A DNA stretch of 19,447 bases from Candidatus Hodarchaeota archaeon (GCA_048886685.1 JBHLKM010000004.1:188442-207888); one strand, 5' to 3'. Shown: positions 1-9,401, counted from the stretch's first letter. Made by a program: numbers and translations. Notes: a model not told the origin generated them from the letters alone.

Positions 1-352
1 TTTTAAAATACTGCTTAAGATCGATATTTAAGTCAAATCCACATAATTCCTCACACATTACGGATCCAAATGGGGTCCTCCCATTATGATACCAATAGCT
101 GCGAGGGCACCAGAAATAGCACCACATGGTCCATTCCATCCAATCTTACCCTTAAAATGGGCAAAAACATTAAAGGGAACAGCTAATTTGTTAAAGTAAT
201 TAAACTTTCCTTCTCCCAAGTTTAAAACTTCTATTATACTATTCAAAGTATCAGCAGCACAACTATTTCCAATATTTTTACCCATAGGTGGAAGTGTAAT
301 TTTCATCAAAGCGTTTAATAATGTCTTCTTTTACAGAGTTGAGGTTACTCAT
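1..352 (-). pseudogene. Degraded C_GCAxxG_C_C family putative redox protein (two frame breaks; runs off the left edge)
   Basis: ATG at 352 reads MSNLNSVKEDIIKRFDE, with a TATA-like box 26 nt upstream. A different frame (ORF 58..309) carries NSCA and GPCGAISGALAAIGII and stops at TAA 58-60. A shifted frame from 70 reads FGSVMCEELCGFDLNIDLKQYFK, the family's FGSxxCxELxGxDL motif. Confidence 0.7.
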
Positions 353-377
353 AATAAATTCTAAAGATCGGTTATTA

Positions 378-385
378 TATATAAA
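378..385 (-). promoter_or_regulatory. Putative archaeal TATA box (TTTATATA) for a leaderless transcript starting near ATG 352
   Basis: Minus strand TTTATATA ends 26 nt upstream of ATG 352. AT-rich background limits confidence. Confidence 0.4.
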
Positions 386-406
386 GTTAACTTGACCCTT
401 TAATAA

Positions 407-3274
407 TTAGAAAAATATTTTTCTCTTCCTTGCTACATTTTTATAAATTTCAATACCGATTATACCAGGTAAGGATAATAATATACATATTAACCAGTCG
501 ATAAAGCTAAGGAACAGGAAATTTATTTGTAGATTTAGCCCAAAGACTTCATTGACATAATAATTTACGGAATAAGAAAAGCAAATATGGAGGATGTGTA
601 GTGTTAATGTAAATAAACAAATAATTAATAATGACGTACTTAATTCTTCTTTTAGGCTTTTTGAGAGAGATGAGTTTGGTCTTCTGAAAGTCCATATGAA
701 ATTGGTTTCAATAATATAGATAGTTGTAATAAACATTGTTCTTGCTTTCTGAGCTACCAATTCAGAATGAGATGAAAGGGGATTTATATAACTTATGTGG
801 GGGTTCAGATTCCAATCATTTAATGGGATAATCTCCCATAGCGTTAATTGTAAAGCTAAAACTAATCCTATACCCATGAGGAAAGCTTGAACTAATAACA
901 TTATCCATATATTCCTATTTAATATTTGTTCTTCATCTCTAGGAGATTCATGCATAATATCCTTAGGGTGTGTATCAATAACTAGCGCTAAAGAAGGCAA
1001 TGAATGAGCAATTCCAAAAATATAGATATGTTGCCATTCTGAACTGAAGAGATCAAAGGTTGGGATGAACTCATATGTGAAAAAAATTATCGCCTCCATT
1101 ATATTCAAACATATAAAAAAATAGATTATTGTCCTAATTTTTGAGAAAAGTCCACGACCTATTCGAACTCCTTTTTCAATAGAAGTAAAATTATCATCTG
1201 AAATAACCATATCAGCAGTTTCTTTAGCCACATCCGTTCCTGTTATTCCCATGGCAATACCTGCATTTGCTAACTTTAAGGCAAGAGAATCATTTATTCC
1301 ATCGCCAGTCATAGCTACCACATGATCTTTCTTTTGGTAGTTCTTAACAATGATTTCTTTATCAGAAGGCTCTACCCGAGCAAATACAGACACTTTCTCA
1401 AATTCGGTTTCGTTTAAATCTTTAATTTGATTACCTTCTGCTATAATATCCCCCTCATTATAAATGTTCATTTGAGTAGCAATAGTTTTCGCAGTAGCAG
1501 GATGGTCTCCAGTTATCATAATGACTTTTATATCACCAGATTGACATTCTTCAATAGATTTCTTAACACCAATACGAGCGGGATCCATAATTGAAACAAA
1601 TCCTAAAAATATTAAATTTTGTTCAACTTCTTCTCTTTTAGGATTGTCAATATTAACTAATGGTTTGTAGGCAATTGCTAATATTCTATATCCTTGTTCT
1701 GCTCGATTATTGATATTTTCTAATAATTTTTTCTTAATATTATCGGAAAATTCTTTTTCAACTCCATTGATTTCAATCTGAGAGGAAATTTCAATGATTT
1801 TTTCAGGAGCTCCTTTAGAATATAAAATTTTTGAGTTCTCATCATCTTCTAATAAACAGATTGAACTCATACGTTTTAATTTTGAACTAAATGAAAATTC
1901 ATTGACTAATTTATATTTTTTTTTTATATCATATGGAATATATCCTGCTTTTTCAGAAAGTACCAATAATGCTGCTTCAGTAGATGAGCCTAAAGCTTTT
2001 CTTATAGCCATTTCTTTTTTCCCACTTACTCTAACTTTAACGTCTTCAAAAATTAGCCTAGCATTATTATTCATTACCATTGAATCAATGAACTTCTGAA
2101 AAGTAGAATTATCTTTTAAACTAATTGGTGTTCTATTTATTAAGATTTCACCTTCCGCATCATAGCCAGCGCCGGTAACTATATATTCTGCATCATTGAT
2201 CCAGAATTTTTCTACTGTCATTTCATTTTTTGTAATAGTGCCCGTTTTATCTGAACAAATAACTGAAACACGACCTAAGGATTCAATAGCAGACAAATTT
2301 TTAATTATGACTCCACTTTGAGCCATATTTAATACTCCGGTGATTAAGACTAAAGTAGTTAATATTGGTAAGTTAATTGGAAGTACATTTGTTGCTCTTA
2401 AAATAGAGCTCACTAAGGCACTACTTATTTCAGATTTAATGAAGTTTCCTTCATATGCTAAAACTACAAATTTATAGAATATTAATATGTATAAATTGAT
2501 GATTACTATTACTCCAAGGATATATCCTAATCTATTCAATTTTCGCGTTAATGGAATATCTTCAATACTCCCCATTTCATTTAGAGTATTAGAAATTTTT
2601 CCTATCTCAGTATTCACACCGGTACCCGTTATTAAGGCTTTTGCTCTTCCATTATTAATATATGTTCCCATAAATACCATGTTGTATTGTCTTTGAATGG
2701 GAACATTATTCTTCTCTAGAGTTTTATTGGTTTTTTCTACAGGTTCACTTTCACCAGTCAAAGGTGCCTCATCTACACTTAAATTAATTTGATTAATAAT
2801 TCTCCCATCTGCAGGAATTTTATCTCCTTGATCTAATAAGACTATATCTCCCGGTACTAATTCTCTGTTTGGAATCTCAAGTTGGTCTCCATCCCTTATA
2901 ACCGTAGCTTTCAAAGAAGATATTTTTTTAAGAGATTCCAGAGCTTTTTGGGCTCTATATTGCTGAACGACAACAGTAGTGGAATTTATTATTACAACTG
3001 TGAATGTAATAACAGTTTCGCCTGGAGATCCTAAAATTACAACGATAATTCCTGTAATAAGAAGTATAATTATTAAAAAATTAAAAATTGGTGCAAGGTA
3101 TATTTTCCAAATGGATTTTCTGATTTTAGGTAATTCATTATAACCCGAAAGTTGATATCTCTTTTCCAGTTCAGAAAATTTTAATCCTTGATCTGGATCT
3201 GTATTGAATTGTTCTAATAATTCATTGAGTGATTGGTGATAATAAGTGTCGCCAGCAATTTTATTAATTGACAT
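407..3274 (-). CDS. P-type ATPase, P2 (SERCA-like) scaffold with atypical membrane ion-binding residues; substrate unknown
   Basis: 955 aa. Motifs: GYNEL N-terminal domain, LVPGDIV/DGR, TGES (A domain), CSDKTGT phosphorylation site, KGAPE, MITGDH, FARVEP, TGDGINDSLAL, about 10 hydrophobic segments. M4 reads VLPINLP rather than PEGLP. Confidence 0.95.
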   Translation of the reverse strand: MSINKIAGDTYYHQSLNELLEQFNTDPDQGLKFSELEKRYQLSGYNELPKIRKSIWKIYLAPIFNFLIIILLITGIIVVILGSPGETVITFTVVIINSTTVVVQQYRAQKALESLKKISSLKATVIRDGDQLEIPNRELVPGDIVLLDQGDKIPADGRIINQINLSVDEAPLTGESEPVEKTNKTLEKNNVPIQRQYNMVFMGTYINNGRAKALITGTGVNTEIGKISNTLNEMGSIEDIPLTRKLNRLGYILGVIVIINLYILIFYKFVVLAYEGNFIKSEISSALVSSILRATNVLPINLPILTTLVLITGVLNMAQSGVIIKNLSAIESLGRVSVICSDKTGTITKNEMTVEKFWINDAEYIVTGAGYDAEGEILINRTPISLKDNSTFQKFIDSMVMNNNARLIFEDVKVRVSGKKEMAIRKALGSSTEAALLVLSEKAGYIPYDIKKKYKLVNEFSFSSKLKRMSSICLLEDDENSKILYSKGAPEKIIEISSQIEINGVEKEFSDNIKKKLLENINNRAEQGYRILAIAYKPLVNIDNPKREEVEQNLIFLGFVSIMDPARIGVKKSIEECQSGDIKVIMITGDHPATAKTIATQMNIYNEGDIIAEGNQIKDLNETEFEKVSVFARVEPSDKEIIVKNYQKKDHVVAMTGDGINDSLALKLANAGIAMGITGTDVAKETADMVISDDNFTSIEKGVRIGRGLFSKIRTIIYFFICLNIMEAIIFFTYEFIPTFDLFSSEWQHIYIFGIAHSLPSLALVIDTHPKDIMHESPRDEEQILNRNIWIMLLVQAFLMGIGLVLALQLTLWEIIPLNDWNLNPHISYINPLSSHSELVAQKARTMFITTIYIIETNFIWTFRRPNSSLSKSLKEELSTSLLIICLFTLTLHILHICFSYSVNYYVNEVFGLNLQINFLFLSFIDWLICILLSLPGIIGIEIYKNVARKRKIFF

Positions 3275-3381
3275 TTGTGGTAAATTTGAAACAGAAATTA
3301 TAGATTAAATAATAAATAACATAAAGTTAAAGTTTTTAATAATTTATAATTTCTAAAAAATTTTTATAGATATTTAAAGAA

Positions 3382-4323
3382 TTAGAGTTTAAATTCTTGA
3401 GGATCTCCCAATATATCTTTTAGTAAGTGATATTTATTTCTAATGGTTGTACTTGAAAATTTGCTATACATCTCAATAATACTTTGAGTAAAAATCTTTC
3501 TATTCTCTAAGGTTTGTCCAATATAATAGATTAATCCCGCTGTAAAAGCTTTATAATTTAGGTTCTTGATTTGATCATATGGAATTAATTTTAGGATCTT
3601 ATCAACTAACAACTGCATGTTAATTTTTGTCTTTTCAAATTGAGACTTATTTGAAAAGAACTCTCTGACTTTCTCATGCGGAATACTATTCAGATCTTTT
3701 TGAAACACAATTTTTATCTTATTTTTTATTTCTTTTTCTATTAAGGAAGGGTCTTTGTGTTCTTTTAACATTTTTTCAGTTCTTTTTACCTTTGACATAG
3801 CATTTGCTAACATTTTTTTATTGATCTTATGGCCTAACTCCTTGGACACTCTAATAAATTCCTCAATACGGACATTTGTAGTGTCCTTTATTTCTATCCA
3901 AATTATAGCCAGAAATATTATAACCATATTTTGATAATTATGTCTATGGTATTTATTATAACGTAAATAACGATCTTTAATATCTCGGTACTTTACATTG
4001 TCTATATTTAACCCAATACCATGACTTTTTAATAATTCAATGGTTTTCTTTTGTTCTGTGAAATCGGATTCGTAATCGCGAAACCATTTTTCGAGTGTCT
4101 TTATTCGTTCATATTTCTCACGTATTACTGGATCTTGCAAAGCTTTTGAGTCGCTAACGCGGATACGCCTTTCATAGTCTCTTTGATAATCTGAATAGTA
4201 TTCCCCATAGGATTGATTATCCTTAGAAGCTAATTTTTCTTCTAGAATTAGACCACAATCTTGGCATACAATATCTCCTCCCTCTTGTTTCACATTTTTG
4301 TGCTGACATTTCAAGGTTTCCAT
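3382..4323 (-). CDS. Divergent TFB/TFIIB-like protein (zinc ribbon plus cyclin-like repeats)
   Basis: N-terminal CQH-x11-CQDCGLIL zinc ribbon. C-terminal AFTAGLIYYIG...TQSII...STTIRNKYHLL resembles the second TFB cyclin repeat/HTH (AAAxLYIA...TQ..VA....EVTIRNRY). ATG 4323 preferred over the ORF-track TTG at 4347. Confidence 0.75.
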   Translation of the reverse strand: METLKCQHKNVKQEGGDIVCQDCGLILEEKLASKDNQSYGEYYSDYQRDYERRIRVSDSKALQDPVIREKYERIKTLEKWFRDYESDFTEQKKTIELLKSHGIGLNIDNVKYRDIKDRYLRYNKYHRHNYQNMVIIFLAIIWIEIKDTTNVRIEEFIRVSKELGHKINKKMLANAMSKVKRTEKMLKEHKDPSLIEKEIKNKIKIVFQKDLNSIPHEKVREFFSNKSQFEKTKINMQLLVDKILKLIPYDQIKNLNYKAFTAGLIYYIGQTLENRKIFTQSIIEMYSKFSSTTIRNKYHLLKDILGDPQEFKL

Positions 4324-4504
4324 ATCTGTATCCTTATTACTCCTCAAAAATAAATAAATTAAAGCTTTTTAATTGAAATAATTCTAGATTTTCCTAAAAA
4401 TAATAATATTAGTAATTTTTATAAATTTCAAAAACAATAATAAGTAAAAATATAATTGCATAAAAAATTTTCTTACAATTTTAATAGAAAATGTGATGGT
4501 AATC

Positions 4505-5068
4505 ATGGAACATAAGAAAGTTACTAAATTTCTGACAATTATAGGTTATCTCTTTATGATTGTTTCTTTCTTCGAGATTGAATTTTTTATCCTATTAAAT
4601 TTCACAGAATTTAATGAAATTGAGACTAATCCAATTCTTCTTTCAGAATTTATTTATGGATCTGATTATATTTCTTTAACAGGAACAATATTATGGTTAT
4701 TTCTTATTTTTGCTATAATTTGTTTTATAACGTTAGGATATTTTATCTTTAGGGCCTCTAAAAGCACTAAGATTGAAAGTAAATTATTAGCTAAACTAAT
4801 AGTCGTTATTGGAATGGTAACTTTACTTGGTTCTTTTGTCAAGATGAATTACATAGTCTTGTTAGGTAAAACGGATATATCTACACTTTCAGGAGATATA
4901 TCATTTCAATTAGCTTTATATGATTTTGAGATTACATCAATTTTTCCTGCGATATTTTGGATATACTTCATTTCTGCCACATGTTGCTTAATGATTACTG
5001 CGTTGATAATAACTGCCATTGGTGTTAAGTGGACTTTATTGATAGATAAACCAGAAGAAACAAAATAA
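4505..5068 (+). CDS. Hypothetical 4-TM membrane protein
   Basis: Four hydrophobic segments with two acidic/polar loops. Start ambiguous (4493 GTG, 4496 ATG or 4505 ATG). Confidence 0.75.
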   Translation: MEHKKVTKFLTIIGYLFMIVSFFEIEFFILLNFTEFNEIETNPILLSEFIYGSDYISLTGTILWLFLIFAIICFITLGYFIFRASKSTKIESKLLAKLIVVIGMVTLLGSFVKMNYIVLLGKTDISTLSGDISFQLALYDFEITSIFPAIFWIYFISATCCLMITALIITAIGVKWTLLIDKPEETK

Positions 5069-5092
5069 TAAAAAGAAATTAAAAATATAAAA

Positions 5093-5111
5093 GGGTAAAT
5101 TTTTTTTACCC
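5093..5111. terminator. Short hairpin GGGTAAA-TTTTT-TTTACCC between convergent genes; possible bidirectional terminator
   Basis: Perfect 7-bp inverted repeat (5093-5099/5105-5111) with a T-run, between stop codons at 5068 (+) and 5128 (-). Confidence 0.4.
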
Positions 5112-5127
5112 ATAATTGTGATATTCT

Positions 5128-6054
5128 TTATGTAAGCTTACTTTTAATTTGTTTGGCTCGACTACGCAATGTTACTTCTGTAATTTTTGCAATATCTGCG
5201 ACTTTTGACTGTGTTTTTCTAATAGAACCATTTTTTGCGGCGATATAAATACAAGCAGCAGCTAAACCTTTGGGGTCTTTTCCTGTTCGTTTTAATCCGT
5301 TTTTCGAGGCATCTTTTAACATATTAATTGCATTTTTTTGAATTTGAATTGGTAAGTCTAATTCATTTCCAAAACGAAAAACTAGTGATTCAGCCGTTAT
5401 AGGTTGATATCTTAGGTTTAATTCAGGTAAAACCTCCCTAATTATCATCGCAAGACTTCTATGAACTGTTCGTCTCGGTGTTAGAGAAGCTTCACAGACT
5501 TCGTCTAATAATCGGGGAAAGTCATGAACGCGAATCGCAGCATATAATGAACCCGCTATAAATCCATTAATAGAACGTCCCATCGTTAATTTTTTCTTTG
5601 CTACAATGCTATATACTTTCCAAGCGGTCTCTGCAATATATTCTGGAATATTTAACTTAGATGTAAGCATTTTTAATTTTGGTTTAGCTTCCCAAAAGTT
5701 CCTTTCAATACTAGAAATTAAAGAATTTTGGATTTTTGAAAGACGGGAAAAAAGAGCCTGTTCTTTTGCTCCAATGCTCTTCCCTTTGCTATCTGTTTTA
5801 GTATTGGGTAACATAGTTCTGGGGCCAAAGTCTCTCCAGCGCGGTTCTGTTCTACGGCGACTCTGTATCTCCTCTACCGTATATGCACGTCTCTCGTTTC
5901 CCACAAAAGTTCTTTCAAATATTAAACCACAATTTAAACACACTTTATTACCGTCTCTGGATTCAATAAATGGATTATCACAGCAATATGTATGGGGTGT
6001 AACGTTTTCATCGATTTTGTTATTAAAATAACGGTTACGGTATTGTTCGCTCAT
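5128..6054 (-). CDS. tfb: Transcription initiation factor IIB (TFB)
   Basis: 308 aa. Zinc ribbon (YCC...CLNCG), B-reader-like GNERRAY, ERN motif, first repeat GRSINGFIAGSLYAAIR...PRLLDEV, second repeat GKDPKGLAAACIYIA...TQSKVADIAKITEVTLRSR. Confidence 0.95.
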   Translation of the reverse strand: MSEQYRNRYFNNKIDENVTPHTYCCDNPFIESRDGNKVCLNCGLIFERTFVGNERRAYTVEEIQSRRRTEPRWRDFGPRTMLPNTKTDSKGKSIGAKEQALFSRLSKIQNSLISSIERNFWEAKPKLKMLTSKLNIPEYIAETAWKVYSIVAKKKLTMGRSINGFIAGSLYAAIRVHDFPRLLDEVCEASLTPRRTVHRSLAMIIREVLPELNLRYQPITAESLVFRFGNELDLPIQIQKNAINMLKDASKNGLKRTGKDPKGLAAACIYIAAKNGSIRKTQSKVADIAKITEVTLRSRAKQIKSKLT

Positions 6055-6360
6055 ATTTTCTCACAAATTATTAGATTGAAAAAGAATACGGCAAGTTAAA
6101 TAATACCCATATCATAATGGTAATATGATAATGTGATAATAAATTGATGTAATATTCATACATCTAGTTGTATATTTAAATCTATGTCTCAAAAATTGAC
6201 ATTTATCTGAATTTTTTTTTTACAAATTAAATAAATATGGAAGTATTGGTTCATTTTTTTTCAATAAAATGTAAAAAAAATATCAAATTGTTTAGCTTAT
6301 GTTATATAAGAAAATGATGCTAAGTAATAGTAAAATAATTTCAATTATTATTGTATAATA

Positions 6361-8076
6361 ATGAAAATCGTCAGAATTAAAGTTGATACAGAGAATACAA
6401 AAAGTGAAGATATAACAAGAGAATCAAAGTACTTCCTATTAGGAGGTCGTGGGTTAAGTTCTCAAATTATTCATGATGAAGTGCCACCATTATGTGATCC
6501 GCTAGGTGAAAAAAATAAACTAATTCTTGCTACAGGATTACTTACAGGAAGTCCTTTTCCTTGTTCCGGGCGAACTTCAGTTGGAGGAAAAAGCCCGTTA
6601 ACTAATGGGATAAAAGAAGCGAATGTAGGTGGTCGTCCATCTATAATGTTAGCTTCTTATGGGATAAGGGCATTAGTTTTAGAAGGAAAATCACCAAAAT
6701 TAAAATTAATAATCATTGATAAAGAGGGTATTAAGTTTGATTCTGCCAAGGAATTTAGAGGCTTTGGTAATTATAAGCTTCATGAAGACCTAACAAGAAA
6801 ATACGGAAAAAAGATCGGAATTTATTCTATTGGTCCTGTAGGAGAACATTTAATGAAAGCTGCTAGTGTTGCTACGAATGATTTAGAAGGATATCCAAGT
6901 CGTCATGCTGCTCGAGGTGGTTTAGGCGCAGTTATGGGATCTAAGAGGATCAAAGCAATTATTATTTTACCTATGACAAGTTCAAACGTCCGAATGTTTG
7001 ATATAAAAAAGTTCCGAGAAATATCGAAACCTTTTGCTAAAGAATTGGCAGAATCCAAGAAGAATTTTTCAATCTATGGTACGCCAAATATGGTTAGACC
7101 AATGAGTACTTATGGAGGGTTGCCTACCAAAAATTTTAGAATGGGTTCATATGATAAAGCCATAGATATTTCAGGAGAGAGACTTCATGAACTTATTACA
7201 TCTAGAAATGGAAGAAAACGCGTTCCTTGTACCCCTACCTGCGTTATTAAATGTTCCAATATATTTGTTGATGAGAATGGAAACCATGTTACCTCAAGTC
7301 TTGAGTATGAAACTATTTTTGCTAATGGCTCAAATCTATTGATTGATAACCTTGATGATATAGCTAGAATAGACCATTTATGCGATGATGCGGGGATCGA
7401 TAGCATTGAATTTGGAGTTACAATGGGTGTTGCTATGGATGCCGGTGAAATTCAATGGGGTGACGCTCAAAGAGTATTTGAAATTTTAGAAGAAATCAAG
7501 GAGGGATCAAAAGTCGGAAGACTCTTTGGGAATGGTGTTTGCCATCTTGGAGATAAAATTGGTTTTAAGAGAATTCCCCATGTAAAAGGTCAAGGTATTT
7601 CTGGCTATGATCCAAGAGTTTTTAAGGCTATGAGTGTAACTTACGCTACAACCCCTATGGGAGCAGATCATACTGCAGGTGCAGCTATTGCTGGAAGAGT
7701 TGCAAGTCAAACAAAAGATTATGGGGAACTCACTGAAAACGAAGGAAAAATAGATTTATCGTATGAATTGCAACTATACACTACAATTTTGGACTCAATG
7801 GGATGTTGTTATTTCATAGGACCGAGTTATGAAAACATGGAAATTGTGAAAAGTGCCTTAAACGCAATGTATAATTTAGAGTTAACCAGAGAAAATGTAA
7901 TTACCATAGGGAAGAACACTTTAAAAGTTGAATTAGACTTTAATGCAAAAGCAGGGATTCAATACGACAAAAATGATGTTCCAGAATTTTTAAGAATAGA
8001 AGCTTCTGAACCTTCTGGATTAACATTTAAATTTACAAGTGAAGAATTAAATCAATTCTGGAAGAAATTAAATTAA
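6361..8076 (+). CDS. aor: Tungsten-dependent aldehyde:ferredoxin oxidoreductase family protein
   Basis: 571 aa. Motifs LGGRGL, KSPLTNGIKEANVGG, IGPVGE, AARGGLGAVMGSKRIKAI, EYET, LCDDAGIDSI, YDPR, GADH, Cys cluster CTPTCVIKC plus a distal GCC. Exact subfamily not determinable. Confidence 0.92.
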   Translation: MKIVRIKVDTENTKSEDITRESKYFLLGGRGLSSQIIHDEVPPLCDPLGEKNKLILATGLLTGSPFPCSGRTSVGGKSPLTNGIKEANVGGRPSIMLASYGIRALVLEGKSPKLKLIIIDKEGIKFDSAKEFRGFGNYKLHEDLTRKYGKKIGIYSIGPVGEHLMKAASVATNDLEGYPSRHAARGGLGAVMGSKRIKAIIILPMTSSNVRMFDIKKFREISKPFAKELAESKKNFSIYGTPNMVRPMSTYGGLPTKNFRMGSYDKAIDISGERLHELITSRNGRKRVPCTPTCVIKCSNIFVDENGNHVTSSLEYETIFANGSNLLIDNLDDIARIDHLCDDAGIDSIEFGVTMGVAMDAGEIQWGDAQRVFEILEEIKEGSKVGRLFGNGVCHLGDKIGFKRIPHVKGQGISGYDPRVFKAMSVTYATTPMGADHTAGAAIAGRVASQTKDYGELTENEGKIDLSYELQLYTTILDSMGCCYFIGPSYENMEIVKSALNAMYNLELTRENVITIGKNTLKVELDFNAKAGIQYDKNDVPEFLRIEASEPSGLTFKFTSEELNQFWKKLN

Positions 8077-8122
8077 ATATTTAGATATTTAAAGGAAGAG
8101 TTATATTTGAGGGTGAATTAAA

Positions 8123-8992
8123 TTGAGAATTGGGGCACACATGAGTGTTTCAGGGGGAAAATTTAAAGCTTTTGAAAGAGGGAAAGAGTTAGGATGCGAA
8201 GCAATCCAAATTTTTGTTCGAAATGTACGAGGTTGGTCTTCTGGACCTTTAAAACAAGAAGAAATCAATGATTTCCAAAATAAAAAGAAAGAGTTACAGG
8301 ATGAAATCTGGCCTGTGATATCTCACAATAGTTATTTAATAAACCTTGCAAGTATAGATAAAGAGATTTTAGAAAAATCATATAATGCCATGCTCGATGA
8401 ACTGATAAAAGTAGACCAATTAGGAATAGAATACGAAAATATGCACCCTGGAGTTATCCCAATAAGTGATAAAAACGAGATAAGCAAAGAAGAGGCTTTA
8501 AACGAAATTGCTGTTCAGCTGAATAAACTGATCGATGTGACTAAGGATTCAAAAGTTATTGTTTTACTTGAAACCACTGCGGGACAGGGGAAAGGATTAG
8601 GAAACAAATTTCATCATTTTAGAACAATCATTGATAAAATTAAAAACAAGAAAAGAATTGGTGTCTGTTTTGATACTGCTCATTCTTTCGCAGCAGGATA
8701 TGACTTCACGACAAAAACAAAATATAATAAGATGTGGGATGAATTTGATGAAACAATTGGCTTAAAATATCTTTATGCGTTTCATCTAAACGATACTGAT
8801 AAAGAATGTGGTTCAAGAATAGATAGACATACCCATATAGGTCAAGGAAAAATAGGGAATGATCCTTTTGGATTTTTCATTAATGATGAAAGATTTAAAG
8901 ATATGCCGGGAATATTGGAAACTCCTAAAGGAAAAGATTTAAAAGAAGATATTATGAATATAAAAATCTTGAAATCGTTAAGAAAAAAATAA
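8123..8992 (+). CDS. nfo: Endonuclease IV (AP endonuclease family 2)
   Basis: RIGAHMS, HNSYLINL, MHPG, LLETTAGQG, CFDTAH, HLND, DRHTHIGQG and ILETP zinc-ligand motifs. TTG start preceded by the SD-like GAGGGTGA. Confidence 0.95.
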   Translation: MRIGAHMSVSGGKFKAFERGKELGCEAIQIFVRNVRGWSSGPLKQEEINDFQNKKKELQDEIWPVISHNSYLINLASIDKEILEKSYNAMLDELIKVDQLGIEYENMHPGVIPISDKNEISKEEALNEIAVQLNKLIDVTKDSKVIVLLETTAGQGKGLGNKFHHFRTIIDKIKNKKRIGVCFDTAHSFAAGYDFTTKTKYNKMWDEFDETIGLKYLYAFHLNDTDKECGSRIDRHTHIGQGKIGNDPFGFFINDERFKDMPGILETPKGKDLKEDIMNIKILKSLRKK

Positions 8993-8993
8993 G

Positions 8994-9401
8994 TCACTCT
9001 TCTACTTCAAACCACACAGGTGTCTTGTTAAATGGTTCTCCATTGTAATTTACTGTAATTTCCTCGCCTTTTGAAATATCTCGAAGAGTAATATATTTTA
9101 TGCATTTGTTTTTATAATCATAGGTATATTTGACATTCGGTTCATATGAATGATTTATAAACTGGCTAACACTTAAGGAGATTGCTGAATCATACTCTCC
9201 TTTACATTTAGGATCATCCCATTCAAAAGAGTAATTAGATAATATTGTATTTTTAATTGAATTCCAATCTTTATTAGAAATAAGGATTATGTAAGCTACA
9301 TCTATGATCTCTCCTTTTGGAATAAATTCTTTAGCAAATAGACCTTTTCCCTTTTTCTTTGATATGAATTTTACTTCTAATAGTTTATTCGTGGAATTCA
9401 C
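8994..9401 (-). CDS. Stand-alone SET-domain protein-lysine methyltransferase (copy 2)
   Basis: KGKGLFA (motif I), FINHSYEPN (motif III), DISKGEEITVNY (motif IV with catalytic Tyr). No pre- or post-SET cysteine cluster. GTG start. Confidence 0.92.
   Translation of the reverse strand: MNSTNKLLEVKFISKKKGKGLFAKEFIPKGEIIDVAYIILISNKDWNSIKNTILSNYSFEWDDPKCKGEYDSAISLSVSQFINHSYEPNVKYTYDYKNKCIKYITLRDISKGEEITVNYNGEPFNKTPVWFEVEE

Noticed and set aside
1794-2696. Plus-strand ORFs 1794..2099 and 2487..2696
   Set aside because: Antisense shadows inside the P-type ATPase, with no recognisable motifs.
4493-5068. 4-TM protein as a claudin/tetraspanin or CDC50-like partner
   Set aside because: No W-GLW-C-C or CCG motifs, and CDC50 has two TMs with a large exoplasmic domain.
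5606-6031. Plus-strand 141-aa ORF
   Set aside because: Antisense to tfb.
7185-7710. Minus-strand ORFs 7185..7406 and 7507..7710
   Set aside because: Antisense to aor.
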